Shown: positions 18,940-29,585 of the stretch, piece by piece
How positions within the stretch are numbered: the stretch's first letter is position 1
Layout of the letters: every line of letters begins with the position of its first letter
From: an uncultured bacterium
GTDB taxonomy: Bacteria; Bacillota; Clostridia; Lachnospirales; Lachnospiraceae
DNA: 64,000 bases
Direction of reading: 5' to 3'
Assembly (NCBI GenBank): GCA_947647735.1
Contig: CANSLJ010000002.1
Span: 143,147-207,146 of the forward strand
Position numbers and translations under genes: made by a program
Notes under the pieces: model-generated
What the model saw: only the letters and a program-made list of their open reading frames with translations
Told to the model about the DNA's origin: nothing
Databases searched by the model: none

Positions 18940-20340
18940 TCATGTCTTTTTCAAAAATTTATAAGTAATTTGTTTTATTAACTCTCTGTTTATTGCGTAT
19001 GTAAAAAGTATTGCTATTATAATGTTAGCAATATTTAATAATACTATATTTATACTATTGAATATACACATCATTGTCAAACAACATATTATCAAGAAAA
19101 ATTTTGGAATGTCGAAATCTATTTTTTGAATTTTCTGTATATCATACATGCGATACAATGCCAAAAACATACAGCTAATCAATGTAGATAATGAAGCCGC
19201 AAAAATTCCAATCGAAGTTACTAATGCCAAATCTATCACTAAATTAATTCCTGCCGCAATAAGTGTTGTAATACCTATACTTGTTGTCTTCATTTTTGCA
19301 ACATAAATACCACCTAGATACGCCTTAATACAATCAAAATACACTGCCATGTACAAAATTGAAATATGTATATAGGCATCTTTATATTCTCCATTAATCA
19401 ACACTGAAAATAATATAGGTGTTACAGCAATAAGTACCGCTAAGGTACCCGCCATAAATCTGTATACTACATCAAACATTAACGAATAGTACTCTCTAAC
19501 ATCATCATCATTTACAGATACAGAAGCATTTTCCTGCCATGCCATAGTAAAAGAGCTCATTACCATAGAAAGTATACCTGGCAATTTGTTTGCCACAGCA
19601 TATACAGCGTTAGCTGAAACCCCCATGAAAAAAGACAATACCATTCTATCTGAAAACTTCAACACCCAAGATGATAAACTATTTGGAACCATAGGCCATG
19701 AATACATTACCATAGATTTTAGTGTTTTCATTGATATATTACGAAAGGAAAAATACACTAATATTTTTCCCTTCATAATAGTTAATCCACATGCAATAAT
19801 TTCTGAAAAAGTTATCGCCAATAATACACCAATCATCCCCAAGTTATGACACCCTATAAACAAAATCACCAGCAACATATTCAAAATTGATTCCAATATA
19901 GAACTTACAGAATATGTTTTGTTCATAGAAAATCCTCTTGCCACTTGCTGCACCACACGAAATATAATATCCACGAAGAAGTAAAAACATATAACACTTC
20001 TCACAGTATTAGACAATTTGAATAAACAAAAATATAATGCCACTAAAGCAATTATTGAAGTTATTACACAGTAAGCAAGAATTGTAGATATAATAGTCTT
20101 TACCTTCTCTTCGTCTTCCCTATCATTGATCAAAAATCGAAAAGCCGCAGATTGTATTTGAAGTGTAACTAATGGCAAAAATAACGATACCAAAGTTGTA
20201 ACAAGATCATAAGTTCCATACTCATCCTGTGTTAACCCACCTGTAACAATTGGCAATGTAATAATATGCGACAACTTAGGCAGTATAGTTCCAAAAGATA
20301 GTATAATTAAACTTTTTGCAAAATCCTTAGCCCTACTCAT
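18940..20340 (-). CDS. Polysaccharide flippase (Wzx-like)
   Basis: Highly hydrophobic; EYGTYDL and SDRMVL...YAVANK motifs. Confidence 0.88.
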   Translation of the reverse strand: MSRAKDFAKSLIILSFGTILPKLSHIITLPIVTGGLTQDEYGTYDLVTTLVSLFLPLVTLQIQSAAFRFLINDREDEEKVKTIISTILAYCVITSIIALVALYFCLFKLSNTVRSVICFYFFVDIIFRVVQQVARGFSMNKTYSVSSILESILNMLLVILFIGCHNLGMIGVLLAITFSEIIACGLTIMKGKILVYFSFRNISMKTLKSMVMYSWPMVPNSLSSWVLKFSDRMVLSFFMGVSANAVYAVANKLPGILSMVMSSFTMAWQENASVSVNDDDVREYYSLMFDVVYRFMAGTLAVLIAVTPILFSVLINGEYKDAYIHISILYMAVYFDCIKAYLGGIYVAKMKTTSIGITTLIAAGINLVIDLALVTSIGIFAASLSTLISCMFLALYRMYDIQKIQKIDFDIPKFFLIICCLTMMCIFNSINIVLLNIANIIIAILFTYAINRELIKQITYKFLKKT

Positions 20341-21602
20341 TAAGCCTCTTTCTCTAACACTTGATCCATTACTTTAAATAAAATATCAAAACAATTATAC
20401 TTTTGAATTCTTTCTACATTTTTCTTAATAATATTAGATTCATCTATATACGCTGATTCCATGGCGTCAATCGCCTTTACAATATAATCGAAACGCCCTG
20501 TGTCCTCAACATCAAATACATAATCCTGTTGCTTACAGCTGCTAAATAAACTCTGATATTTTTCCGCCCACCCTAAGCCAATGCATGGGATTCCATGCTT
20601 ATAGGCATGAACAATAGAATGAAATCTAGATGCTACCACATAATCAAAATTTTCTATATATTTTTCATACTGCCAAAAGTTAAGTTCCTCGTCTACCAAA
20701 AATATATTATTGTCAGAAAACATTGCAATAATATTTCTACAAATTTTAAGATCTTCTTTTGACTGCCATATAAAATATACATTTTTTCCCATATCCAACA
20801 GATGCTTTATTATCGTTTTATATACATTATAATATTCTTCCGCATTTACTGCATGATCAAGTACTTTCTCATTCGGAATCACTGCCACATTACCAGAAGT
20901 TACCACTTCTGGAATATATGTATTAATCTTTGTTATATCAGCAATAACTCTTATATCGAAATTCCTGCTCTGTAGCACTAAATCCGCTGATACTCCTACA
21001 TTATTCAACGCCATTTCTTCGGTAAGAAGTCCATACCCGCCTTCTTCCCTTGCAAAAATCCACTCTGGATACTGCAGAATTCTTTTAATGCTTTCGATCA
21101 AATCCTCTCGAATATCCTCTTCATACTCGAAAGGCCCAAAAGATTGGGGCATTAATACCATTGGTATACCAAGCCTATGTGCTTCTTCTATAATAGTTAA
21201 ATATCTTCTACTGCCAAGTGGATTTTTAAATTTCGAAGACAAAGCATACCCACTTACATCTACTATAAATTTAGTATTCTCAAGCACTTTCTTTGTATAC
21301 TTTACTTGGGAACACCTGCTTAAATTTTTATTACGTGCATTTTTAGCAAATATATATACATCGTTATAAAACTTATTAAATCCTCTCACATCACCAGCCT
21401 GCTCCAACATTGCCTCAACAAATACTGGGCGATATAAATACTTAAATTTAAATATCTTCTCTTGGAACTTATCATATACATCCGGCGTGGAATAATATAT
21501 ATCATAATCAGGATATCTATTTCTTAATTCATATGCTGTAATAAACAGCATCGTCTGAGCACCTTTGTTATTAAAATTAGCCCCCGTTATTATTATATTC
21601 AT
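20340..21602 (-). CDS. Polysaccharide pyruvyl transferase family protein
   Basis: NKGAQ, PQSFGPF, FARE and SRFHS motifs. Confidence 0.85.
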   Translation of the reverse strand: MNIIITGANFNNKGAQTMLFITAYELRNRYPDYDIYYSTPDVYDKFQEKIFKFKYLYRPVFVEAMLEQAGDVRGFNKFYNDVYIFAKNARNKNLSRCSQVKYTKKVLENTKFIVDVSGYALSSKFKNPLGSRRYLTIIEEAHRLGIPMVLMPQSFGPFEYEEDIREDLIESIKRILQYPEWIFAREEGGYGLLTEEMALNNVGVSADLVLQSRNFDIRVIADITKINTYIPEVVTSGNVAVIPNEKVLDHAVNAEEYYNVYKTIIKHLLDMGKNVYFIWQSKEDLKICRNIIAMFSDNNIFLVDEELNFWQYEKYIENFDYVVASRFHSIVHAYKHGIPCIGLGWAEKYQSLFSSCKQQDYVFDVEDTGRFDYIVKAIDAMESAYIDESNIIKKNVERIQKYNCFDILFKVMDQVLEKEA

Positions 21603-21626
21603 TCTATATTTATACCAATCCCTTCC

Positions 21627-22619
21627 TCATAACTCTAAATAGTTCCTATTCTGTTTATCTAATCTTATCCGTTTTGCTAATGCTCTAAAAAAATAACTGG
21701 GGTTAAGAAATCTTGAATCAAAAATAGGAATTTGGGACTGTTTGAACTTTCTAATAACCTGAATATATTTTTTTATACCGTAATGCCTTTGAAGAGCAAT
21801 ATATAAATACTCTGCGCCTGATAAATGTTGATCCTTGCATATTTTTGATCCATAATGATCTATCAAAAACTTATACCTCTTAATTGTTTCCTCCAATCGT
21901 ATATCATAAACTTTCTCATCCGTGCATGTCGTTAATGTACCTTTTCCTCTGGTGGCACAATATATAACCTCCTTACTTGCTGCTATGTTTCGAGAATAGT
22001 ACCCGATAACTGTTGAAAAAACTATATCGTTAGAATACAATGACTGGCTAAAGCGTACATGATATTTTTCAATGAGCTCTCTTTTTATCAACTTTGACCA
22101 TGGTACTCCAAAACCAAATGATTTCAAAGCCAACATGTTTTCTTGATTTGTGTTATTAAGATAATTTTCAATTAGAATTTCACGTGATACATGTCTGTCA
22201 GCTAGTTTTCCGGTATCCATATATACACTTGTCGGCGTAAAAAAAACCATATCATAATCGGAATCGAAATACTCCTGAACCTTATCATACATACCCGCCA
22301 GAAAATAATCATCTGCATCCGCAAATAATATCCAACTCCCTTTTGCATAATCTAAACCGATATTACGACATAAACCAGCTCCCTTAATACCAGTATTATT
22401 TGTGTAAAACTCTACTCTATTACTATATATAGACTTTACTTTCAAAAATGTCTCAAACTCCTTATCACTGTTATCATCAACAACAATAATTTGGATATCA
22501 TTCAGTTCTGGTATAGAATTAATAAGTTTCTCTAATAAAGACGGGGTATTATAGTGAGGTATTATAATAGTTAAATTTATCTCCATTTTCATCAACCCAT
22601 TTTTAACTAATTCAGCCAA
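21627..22619 (-). CDS. Glycosyltransferase family 2
   Basis: IIIPHYN, VVDDNS, RNIG, FADADD. Confidence 0.9.
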   Translation of the reverse strand: MAELVKNGLMKMEINLTIIIPHYNTPSLLEKLINSIPELNDIQIIVVDDNSDKEFETFLKVKSIYSNRVEFYTNNTGIKGAGLCRNIGLDYAKGSWILFADADDYFLAGMYDKVQEYFDSDYDMVFFTPTSVYMDTGKLADRHVSREILIENYLNNTNQENMLALKSFGFGVPWSKLIKRELIEKYHVRFSQSLYSNDIVFSTVIGYYSRNIAASKEVIYCATRGKGTLTTCTDEKVYDIRLEETIKRYKFLIDHYGSKICKDQHLSGAEYLYIALQRHYGIKKYIQVIRKFKQSQIPIFDSRFLNPSYFFRALAKRIRLDKQNRNYLEL

Positions 22620-24415
22620 TTATAAATATCTACATTTCCTGTATATAGAAATTCATTATCATCCAATTCTATTTTGTATATATTATATAGTGTTTCATTT
22701 AATCTCTCATTATTAGATAAAATAATACTATTAACAAGATCAATTTTGGCAATATCCTCATCCTTAACATCATATATCTCAGACCAAGGACAATTTGCTC
22801 TTAAGTACCTTGGAAATTCGGCATTGCCTCTTTTCTCACTATTGTAATATACTGTTATATCCTGTTGAGGGCCTTCTCCCATCTCTAATCTTTCTATAAC
22901 CTTTTCAGATGCATCAGTATAAGTGTATACCTCTTGAGCTTTATCATAATGCCAATGAAAGGAAGAGATTGTAAATGCTGTTGATATCATTATATATCCA
23001 CACCAAACTACAAATTGCTTATTTCTTCTAAGAAACCAGACTGAAAGTAACCATATAGTCAGTGCTACCATTGTCATAATATAAAAGTAAATATTAGTTT
23101 TTTCTCCATTATAAAAATATTGTCTGAATATATTAGCCAGTGTATTCATAATCGAAGTGTTTTTTATTTCTGACAAAGTACATTTTAAAAAGAATACGAT
23201 TACACATGCATTGACAATCGTTGCTACCGACAACGCTTTTTTCACATTACACTTTTTCTTTATAATAACAACAAGACCTGTAAACACAATTAAAATAGCA
23301 TATGGAATCGCATACCTTAAATATATAAACCATCGGTAATCACCTGATAATACTGACTTATACTGCTTGATTGCAATAAACCCATTCATCATGATAAACG
23401 ACATCAATCCAAAAAGAATCCCAATCACTAAATTATCAGCTCGTTTGTGGAAACATTTTTTATATTCAATAATATATTGAATATCCACCACAATAAACAA
23501 ACCCAGCAATCCAAAAGACAATATCAAAAATCCTCCCAACAGTGAAAAGAAAATTTTTATAACTAGTATTACATATTCTATTGAAGTAAACATTCCAAAC
23601 AATCTTGTAACTCCAACCGATTGCACATTACTGATATCATTAACTACCGACCCTTGTATTCCTTCAAAATTAGTCAACACCCGAACTCTATAATACCAAT
23701 TTAGTAATTTGTACACAAAAAATCCTGCTGTTCCTCCTATCATACTGAAAATCGGAGACACGATCATATATCTGTATAATATCAATATTAAAAATATCAA
23801 TATTACCGCTGCCAATATAAGGGCAATTGCCCTGCTATGAACAGATAAAGAATACATCAGTAAAAAAAAGAGTAAAAAGGAATATACTTTCCTCTTTCTC
23901 CCAATCTCTGTATTTGCCCTAAACAGAAATAGCATGCAAACAACTGAAATAATTCCCATTGGCAACTCTGACATGACCGACAGACCAATTCCATAATCCG
24001 GCTTCAAATTTCCCATTGTACAGACGAGTGCAATCATAAGACTATACAAATTTTCTATTTTAAACTGTCTAGATGCCATATAAAAAATAAGAACCGCCAA
24101 AAAAATCCAATTCATTAGGCTTCCGATTCTGCACACATTATACATTTCAGTCCATGTCTTACAGAATCTGAAAAATGGAGCATAAATAAGCACATGCCCA
24201 TATCCATGCCACCTTCCCCTCTTTGCAATCATATCACTCCAGTCTCCGCCTGCTAAATAAACAGGAAATGCAATGGATGAAAGTTCATCACCATCCTGCA
24301 GATAATCATAGGTAAAACAAAAAACATGCATTATAACAGTAAAAAATATAATAAGACTAATACAAAGTTTTTCATTTACCTTTTCCTTATCAAATACCTT
24401 TTTAGTGTTACCCAT
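22607..24415 (-). CDS. Multi-pass membrane protein, GT-C-like or polymerase
   Basis: DE motif after TM1, many TM helices, soluble C-terminus; motif-level similarity to 32343-34178. Confidence 0.6.
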   Translation of the reverse strand: MGNTKKVFDKEKVNEKLCISLIIFFTVIMHVFCFTYDYLQDGDELSSIAFPVYLAGGDWSDMIAKRGRWHGYGHVLIYAPFFRFCKTWTEMYNVCRIGSLMNWIFLAVLIFYMASRQFKIENLYSLMIALVCTMGNLKPDYGIGLSVMSELPMGIISVVCMLFLFRANTEIGRKRKVYSFLLFFLLMYSLSVHSRAIALILAAVILIFLILILYRYMIVSPIFSMIGGTAGFFVYKLLNWYYRVRVLTNFEGIQGSVVNDISNVQSVGVTRLFGMFTSIEYVILVIKIFFSLLGGFLILSFGLLGLFIVVDIQYIIEYKKCFHKRADNLVIGILFGLMSFIMMNGFIAIKQYKSVLSGDYRWFIYLRYAIPYAILIVFTGLVVIIKKKCNVKKALSVATIVNACVIVFFLKCTLSEIKNTSIMNTLANIFRQYFYNGEKTNIYFYIMTMVALTIWLLSVWFLRRNKQFVVWCGYIMISTAFTISSFHWHYDKAQEVYTYTDASEKVIERLEMGEGPQQDITVYYNSEKRGNAEFPRYLRANCPWSEIYDVKDEDIAKIDLVNSIILSNNERLNETLYNIYKIELDDNEFLYTGNVDIYNWLN

Positions 24416-24506
24416 TTTGCCATTATAATATATTTTTTATATTATTCTCCTTTTCATTTGATCTCTTTTATAAATATATCATCTTTGCCAAACTCATCCT
24501 GCCATT

Positions 24507-25463
24507 TCAATTTTTTACATAATATTTGCTTTCTTTATTTATCCTCTTGCTGTTTACTATAATTGTCTCAAACAAATATGCCGGACTTCTCATTTGTTTT
24601 GACAACAACGGTATATGGTTCTCTCTTAATATCTTATAAGTATGTAAAATTTTTTTTAATCCTAACCTACGCTTATATGCTTGAAATAATAGAATTCCTC
24701 CATTCAGATTAAACTGTTCAAATTCCTTTTTACTATAATTCTCCATGCCAAATCTATAACACTTTACATACTCCTGAACATGCATATCATATGCTCCTTC
24801 AGTAACCTTTGTCGTAAGCGATCCTCTGTTTCTTGTAATGCAATATACTATATCACCGCAAATAGAAGTTTTCTTGCAGTAATAGCCCGCCATAAAAACA
24901 AAATACATATCATTATGGTGAAGTGTTTCACTAAAATAAAGATTATTGTCTTTTATGATCGATCGACGGATAATTTTGGACCAAGGTCCTTTCATTCTTT
25001 TTACATTTAGCAAATTTTCATAAGTCGGATCAGTTAAGTATTTTTTTATTCTTGCCTCATGTACAATATGTCTATCTGCCATCTCGCCGGAATCAATAAA
25101 TATACTGGTCGGACAAAAAATAACCATATCCTCATCAGATTCAAAATATCTACTTATACATTCATACATTTGTGGGAGAAAATAATCATCTGCATCAGCA
25201 AACATTACCCACATCCCCTTTGCATGATCGATCCCTATATTTCTACACGCACCTGCACTTTGAACCCCTGAATTATTTTTATAAAATTCCACTCTATGTG
25301 AATAATTTTCTACAATCGTTTCATATTCTTTTAAATCTTTTGTACTATTATCATCTACTACTATAATCTGAATATCTTCTTTATCAGGTATTGTAGATAA
25401 CAGTTTTCTTAAAAATTCAGGACTATTAAAATGTGGAATAATGATTGTAAGATTACACCTCAT
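24507..25463 (-). CDS. Glycosyltransferase family 2
   Basis: IIIPHFN, VVDDNS, FADADD. Start MRCNL after GGAGG. Confidence 0.9.
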   Translation of the reverse strand: MRCNLTIIIPHFNSPEFLRKLLSTIPDKEDIQIIVVDDNSTKDLKEYETIVENYSHRVEFYKNNSGVQSAGACRNIGIDHAKGMWVMFADADDYFLPQMYECISRYFESDEDMVIFCPTSIFIDSGEMADRHIVHEARIKKYLTDPTYENLLNVKRMKGPWSKIIRRSIIKDNNLYFSETLHHNDMYFVFMAGYYCKKTSICGDIVYCITRNRGSLTTKVTEGAYDMHVQEYVKCYRFGMENYSKKEFEQFNLNGGILLFQAYKRRLGLKKILHTYKILRENHIPLLSKQMRSPAYLFETIIVNSKRINKESKYYVKN

Positions 25464-26520
25464 CAAAACCTCCAAAACTTCTTATCAAAACATAATACAT
25501 TTCTTCTAAATTTAGTCTTGCTTTCCATCCCATATCTGAAATTTTTGTAATCCCCAAATTATAAAAATGTTCTGAAGAAAATTTTTTACTTCCTTTCTCG
25601 TCATCTATCATTTTAACTTTAATCCTTCCATCGCCAAACTTGTTTACAACCATTTCCGCCATCTCTTTGATTGAACAATATGTTCCCGGATTTGCCGCAT
25701 TATATGCCTGTCCGGCTTCCCCTTTTAATAATACTGTCAATATCGCACTTACAGCATCCATAGTATATAAATAACATCGTTTACTGTTTCCATCTGTTAA
25801 TAAAGCAATATCCTTATTCTCCACAACACATCTCGCAAATTCCGCAAATACCCTGCTATCATATCTATCTACCCCTAATCCAAACGTCTGCGCAAGTCTA
25901 ATACTCATCGCAGGAATCTGATATTCACTTGCATAAGCAGCGCATAATGCTTCACACTGCCTTTTGCTTTCCGGATAGCAATTTCTAATATTTATAGAAT
26001 TTAGATATCCTAAATCCGCTTCTGCCAATACCCCTTCTGCCGTTGATATTCCATATACCTCCATAGATGACAAATACACAAATCCCTGTACATTATTGTG
26101 CTTGGCCACTTCTAACATGTTAATAGTTCCTATCACTGCTGTTTTGATTGTCTCAACCGGATTCTCTATAAAATAGGCACTTTTTGTAGGACTTGCGCCA
26201 TGTACAATATAATCCACTCTTTCCGATATACAAGGTAAACTCTCTACGCTACCTATTAAAAAAGATAAAACATTACTCTCTTTTAACTGTTTTTCATATT
26301 TTTTCCTTGCCTTTTCGATATCTCTAACCAGCACAAGTATCCGCATATTCAATTTTTTATTATTATTCGCATAGAGCAATCCTCTAACTAAATTATAGCC
26401 AATTACTCCTGTTGCTCCTGTCACCAAAATTGTCTTATCTTGCAGCTTGTTCCATGGTATGTATTCACAACTGATCAAATTTTTCAAATCCATAATGAAT
26501 GTTTTATCATCCTCATACAT
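25453..26520 (-). CDS. NAD-dependent epimerase/dehydratase (possible CDP-alditol pathway reductase)
   Basis: TGATGVIG, SSMEVYG, YPESK (YxxxK); directly after the IspD/TarI gene. Confidence 0.85.
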   Translation of the reverse strand: MYEDDKTFIMDLKNLISCEYIPWNKLQDKTILVTGATGVIGYNLVRGLLYANNNKKLNMRILVLVRDIEKARKKYEKQLKESNVLSFLIGSVESLPCISERVDYIVHGASPTKSAYFIENPVETIKTAVIGTINMLEVAKHNNVQGFVYLSSMEVYGISTAEGVLAEADLGYLNSINIRNCYPESKRQCEALCAAYASEYQIPAMSIRLAQTFGLGVDRYDSRVFAEFARCVVENKDIALLTDGNSKRCYLYTMDAVSAILTVLLKGEAGQAYNAANPGTYCSIKEMAEMVVNKFGDGRIKVKMIDDEKGSKKFSSEHFYNLGITKISDMGWKARLNLEEMYYVLIRSFGGFDEV

Positions 26521-26521
26521 C

Positions 26522-27247
26522 TCATTGTCTCCCATATAGCTGTCTATCTTCCTGTGCATCCAGTAATGCCCGCATAGTATAAAAATCATCTGGTGTAGTA
26601 ATTTTTATATTTTCATATGGCCCATCTACCAAATACAGTGAATGGCCGTATCTCTTCATCAAACTACAGGAATCTATGCAATCATACAAGCCTTCGCATT
26701 GTGCCTTTATATGAGCACTATATATATCTTTTAACCAAAATGATTGTGGTGCTTTGGCAACTCTGGAATGGTATCTGTCAGGAACACTTTTTATAGACTC
26801 GTCATCATTTATTACCAATATCGTTTCCTTCACGATACCCGTCGTAATTGCTGATCCATTTTTTTTCACGCTTTTAATATTCTCTGATATTACTTCATTA
26901 TTAATAAGTGGACGCACGCTGTCATGAATCAAAACGATTGCCTCTTCTTCACCACTTATTTCCTTTGCCGCCTGAATTCCATTAAATATAGACATCTGCC
27001 CTGTCATACCACCCTGAACAATTTTCTTTACCTTGTCAATCCGATATTGATAAATAAGATTGTTAAGATGCTCTATCCATCCATCAATACAAGCGATTAC
27101 TATAGCATCTATCTCCGGATGTTTGTCAAATATCTCTAATGTATAAATGATAATAGGCTTCTTATGCATTTCTAAAAATTGTTTTGGTATATCTCTTGTA
27201 TGCATGCGCTGCCCACTGCCGCCTGCAAAGATTACTGCTATATTCAT
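26522..27247 (-). CDS. IspD/TarI family cytidylyltransferase
   Basis: AGGSGQRM...PKQF, IHDSVRP, APQSF, NIKITTPDD. Confidence 0.9.
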   Translation of the reverse strand: MNIAVIFAGGSGQRMHTRDIPKQFLEMHKKPIIIYTLEIFDKHPEIDAIVIACIDGWIEHLNNLIYQYRIDKVKKIVQGGMTGQMSIFNGIQAAKEISGEEEAIVLIHDSVRPLINNEVISENIKSVKKNGSAITTGIVKETILVINDDESIKSVPDRYHSRVAKAPQSFWLKDIYSAHIKAQCEGLYDCIDSCSLMKRYGHSLYLVDGPYENIKITTPDDFYTMRALLDAQEDRQLYGRQ

Positions 27248-27248
27248 T

Positions 27249-28454
27249 TCAGTTACTTGCCATCCATTCTTCTATATAATCTGCGACTATTTTGCTTGCA
27301 TATCCTGTTTCTCTTAAACCGACCCGCATAAAAAGTTTCTCTAATTCTTTTTCATATTTTAACTGTTCAAATTCTAATATTACCTTTTCCAGTTGTTCAT
27401 CATTCTCCGCATAAGGAAAAGGCAATTCATGAAGTTCAAAATAAACATCCCTCTCCTTTTTATACTGTTCAATATCGGGGGCATACAAAAAGCATTTCTT
27501 TTTCTTTGTTACAAAGTCAAACATACAACTGGAATAATCTGTTACTAATATATCGCTCGCTACTAATAGTTCCTGCATAACACTATATTCTGTGGCATTC
27601 ATTACCACCTCATCATATTCTAAAAAATTAGAAGCATCTTCCATATTATTAGGATGAAGCCTTATCAAAATCACCCATTCTCCGCCAAAACGCTTTTCAA
27701 CAGCCTTCGCCAATTTATGATAATCCATTCTATATATATCAGTATTATAATTTTTCCGAAATGTGGGGGCATAAAGCAATATTTTTTTCTGTTCAATTCC
27801 AAAATGTTTCCTCACTTTTTCTATATAAGGAGCATTATCTACCCAAAAAATATCATTTCTCGGACTACCACATTCCAAAATCTTACCCTGATACCAAAAT
27901 GCCCGCCTAAAAATCTGTGTCAACATCTTGCTGTTCGATACATATATATCTGCAATTCGTGAATTATATCCAATGATCGTTTTATCAATAAAGCTGAACT
28001 TATCCGGGGCATCTCCATACATTTTTTTCAGCCCATAACTTCCATGCCAGGTTTGAATATATAATTGATTTTTTCGTTTTAATATCCCATACATTTTAGT
28101 ATTGCTGTCTATCCAAATAGCAGCAGTCATCAATTCATAAATCTGCGCTAAAGTGCTATTTTTTACTCGCTTTATTTTCTCTGGGATTTTTTCATCAACG
28201 TTCCCCGCCAGTAACCACACTATTTTATAGTTTGAATTCCGCTTTAATAATTCATCTGTTATGTACATAGGATTGTCACCATACCGTTTTCCTTTTGCTG
28301 TACAACAAACTACCTTATTCTCCTGAACGGGAAAGCATCGCATACATAAACATAGCAATGAAATACCAAGACTATATATTAGAAAGCACAAACTTACAAA
28401 ATATTCATAAAATTTATTTTTAGATGCAAATTTCTTTATTACATTCCAGCCCAT
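27249..28454 (-). CDS. CDP-glycerol/ribitol phosphotransferase (TagF/TarF family)
   Basis: QTWHG, GSPRND, LYAPTFR, RLHP, TDYSS. Confidence 0.9.
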   Translation of the reverse strand: MGWNVIKKFASKNKFYEYFVSLCFLIYSLGISLLCLCMRCFPVQENKVVCCTAKGKRYGDNPMYITDELLKRNSNYKIVWLLAGNVDEKIPEKIKRVKNSTLAQIYELMTAAIWIDSNTKMYGILKRKNQLYIQTWHGSYGLKKMYGDAPDKFSFIDKTIIGYNSRIADIYVSNSKMLTQIFRRAFWYQGKILECGSPRNDIFWVDNAPYIEKVRKHFGIEQKKILLYAPTFRKNYNTDIYRMDYHKLAKAVEKRFGGEWVILIRLHPNNMEDASNFLEYDEVVMNATEYSVMQELLVASDILVTDYSSCMFDFVTKKKKCFLYAPDIEQYKKERDVYFELHELPFPYAENDEQLEKVILEFEQLKYEKELEKLFMRVGLRETGYASKIVADYIEEWMASN

Positions 28455-28475
28455 TTTTAATCCTATAGATACCTT

Positions 28476-29522
28476 TTATCCAAAAACATAATAAAATGCC
28501 TTAGTAAACTTCACTAGTTTTTTCTTATGGCACATTATCGCAAAAACTTTTACCCCGATCTTCTGCTTCAGCATAAGCTCCCTGTATTTAAAAGCAGACG
28601 CATATCTATTATGGATAGCTTCCGGAAAATATGTATTTATCATATTTTCAAAATATTTTGCCATCTCAAGTGCGCCATCATTTTTTCTTTTCCTCACATT
28701 ACTCAAATATTCCCTTTTCCGATTCCTAACCAATAAAAAATATGTAAAGAAACTTATTACCGTAAACTCAAATAGCTGCCGAACTTGTTCTTCTTTTATA
28801 TTTTTCAGAATTTTAGAAATACACCTTTCCCATTCTTCCAGCGGCAACTTATCTATTTCGATGTATTTGCTTGTAGTGCTTCCCTCATGTACTACCTGAT
28901 AATATCCTGCATATTCCAGGAAATAATTCCTATCAGATAAAAACAGCATTTGAAAATTAAAAGAATTCTCTTCATAGATTTTTCCAACTGGAAATCTTAC
29001 TTTCCATTTATCTATATAATCAGCGCGATATATCTTTCCCGATATATTCAATCGATATGATAAGCATTTCCCATCTTTGGGATGATAGATAATACTCTTG
29101 ATAACCCTTCCATCTTCTTTTACCTTATACTGACCACTAAACACCACATCGCAGTTATTTTTTTCTGCTGTACCAGCCAGCCTTTCCAAATAATCTGTTT
29201 TTATATAATCATCTGCATCCAAAAAAGTAACATATTTTCCTGATGCTTTTTCCAATCCTAAATTTCTTGCAGAAGACTGTCCGCCATTTTCTTTATCATA
29301 AACTCTAAATTTTTCAGGAAAATTTTTTATATACTCTACAATAATGTTTCGACTATCATCTGTGCTCCCATCATTTACAATGATCCCCTCAAAATCTTGA
29401 AATGTTTGATCGATAAGCGATTCCAGACATTTTCTAATATACTTTTCTGCATTATAAACTGGGATAATAACAGAGACTAATACCCTTTCCTGAACATTCC
29501 CACTATTTTCTCTCATTTCCAT
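28476..29522 (-). CDS. Glycosyltransferase family 2
   Basis: SVIIPVYN, VNDGSTD, ARNLG, FLDADD. Confidence 0.9.
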   Translation of the reverse strand: MEMRENSGNVQERVLVSVIIPVYNAEKYIRKCLESLIDQTFQDFEGIIVNDGSTDDSRNIIVEYIKNFPEKFRVYDKENGGQSSARNLGLEKASGKYVTFLDADDYIKTDYLERLAGTAEKNNCDVVFSGQYKVKEDGRVIKSIIYHPKDGKCLSYRLNISGKIYRADYIDKWKVRFPVGKIYEENSFNFQMLFLSDRNYFLEYAGYYQVVHEGSTTSKYIEIDKLPLEEWERCISKILKNIKEEQVRQLFEFTVISFFTYFLLVRNRKREYLSNVRKRKNDGALEMAKYFENMINTYFPEAIHNRYASAFKYRELMLKQKIGVKVFAIMCHKKKLVKFTKAFYYVFG

Positions 29523-29585
29523 ATTCTGCCCTTTACCTTTTGTTGCTTTTTCTCATACTCTTTCAAAACAAAAATTTCTTTCTCC

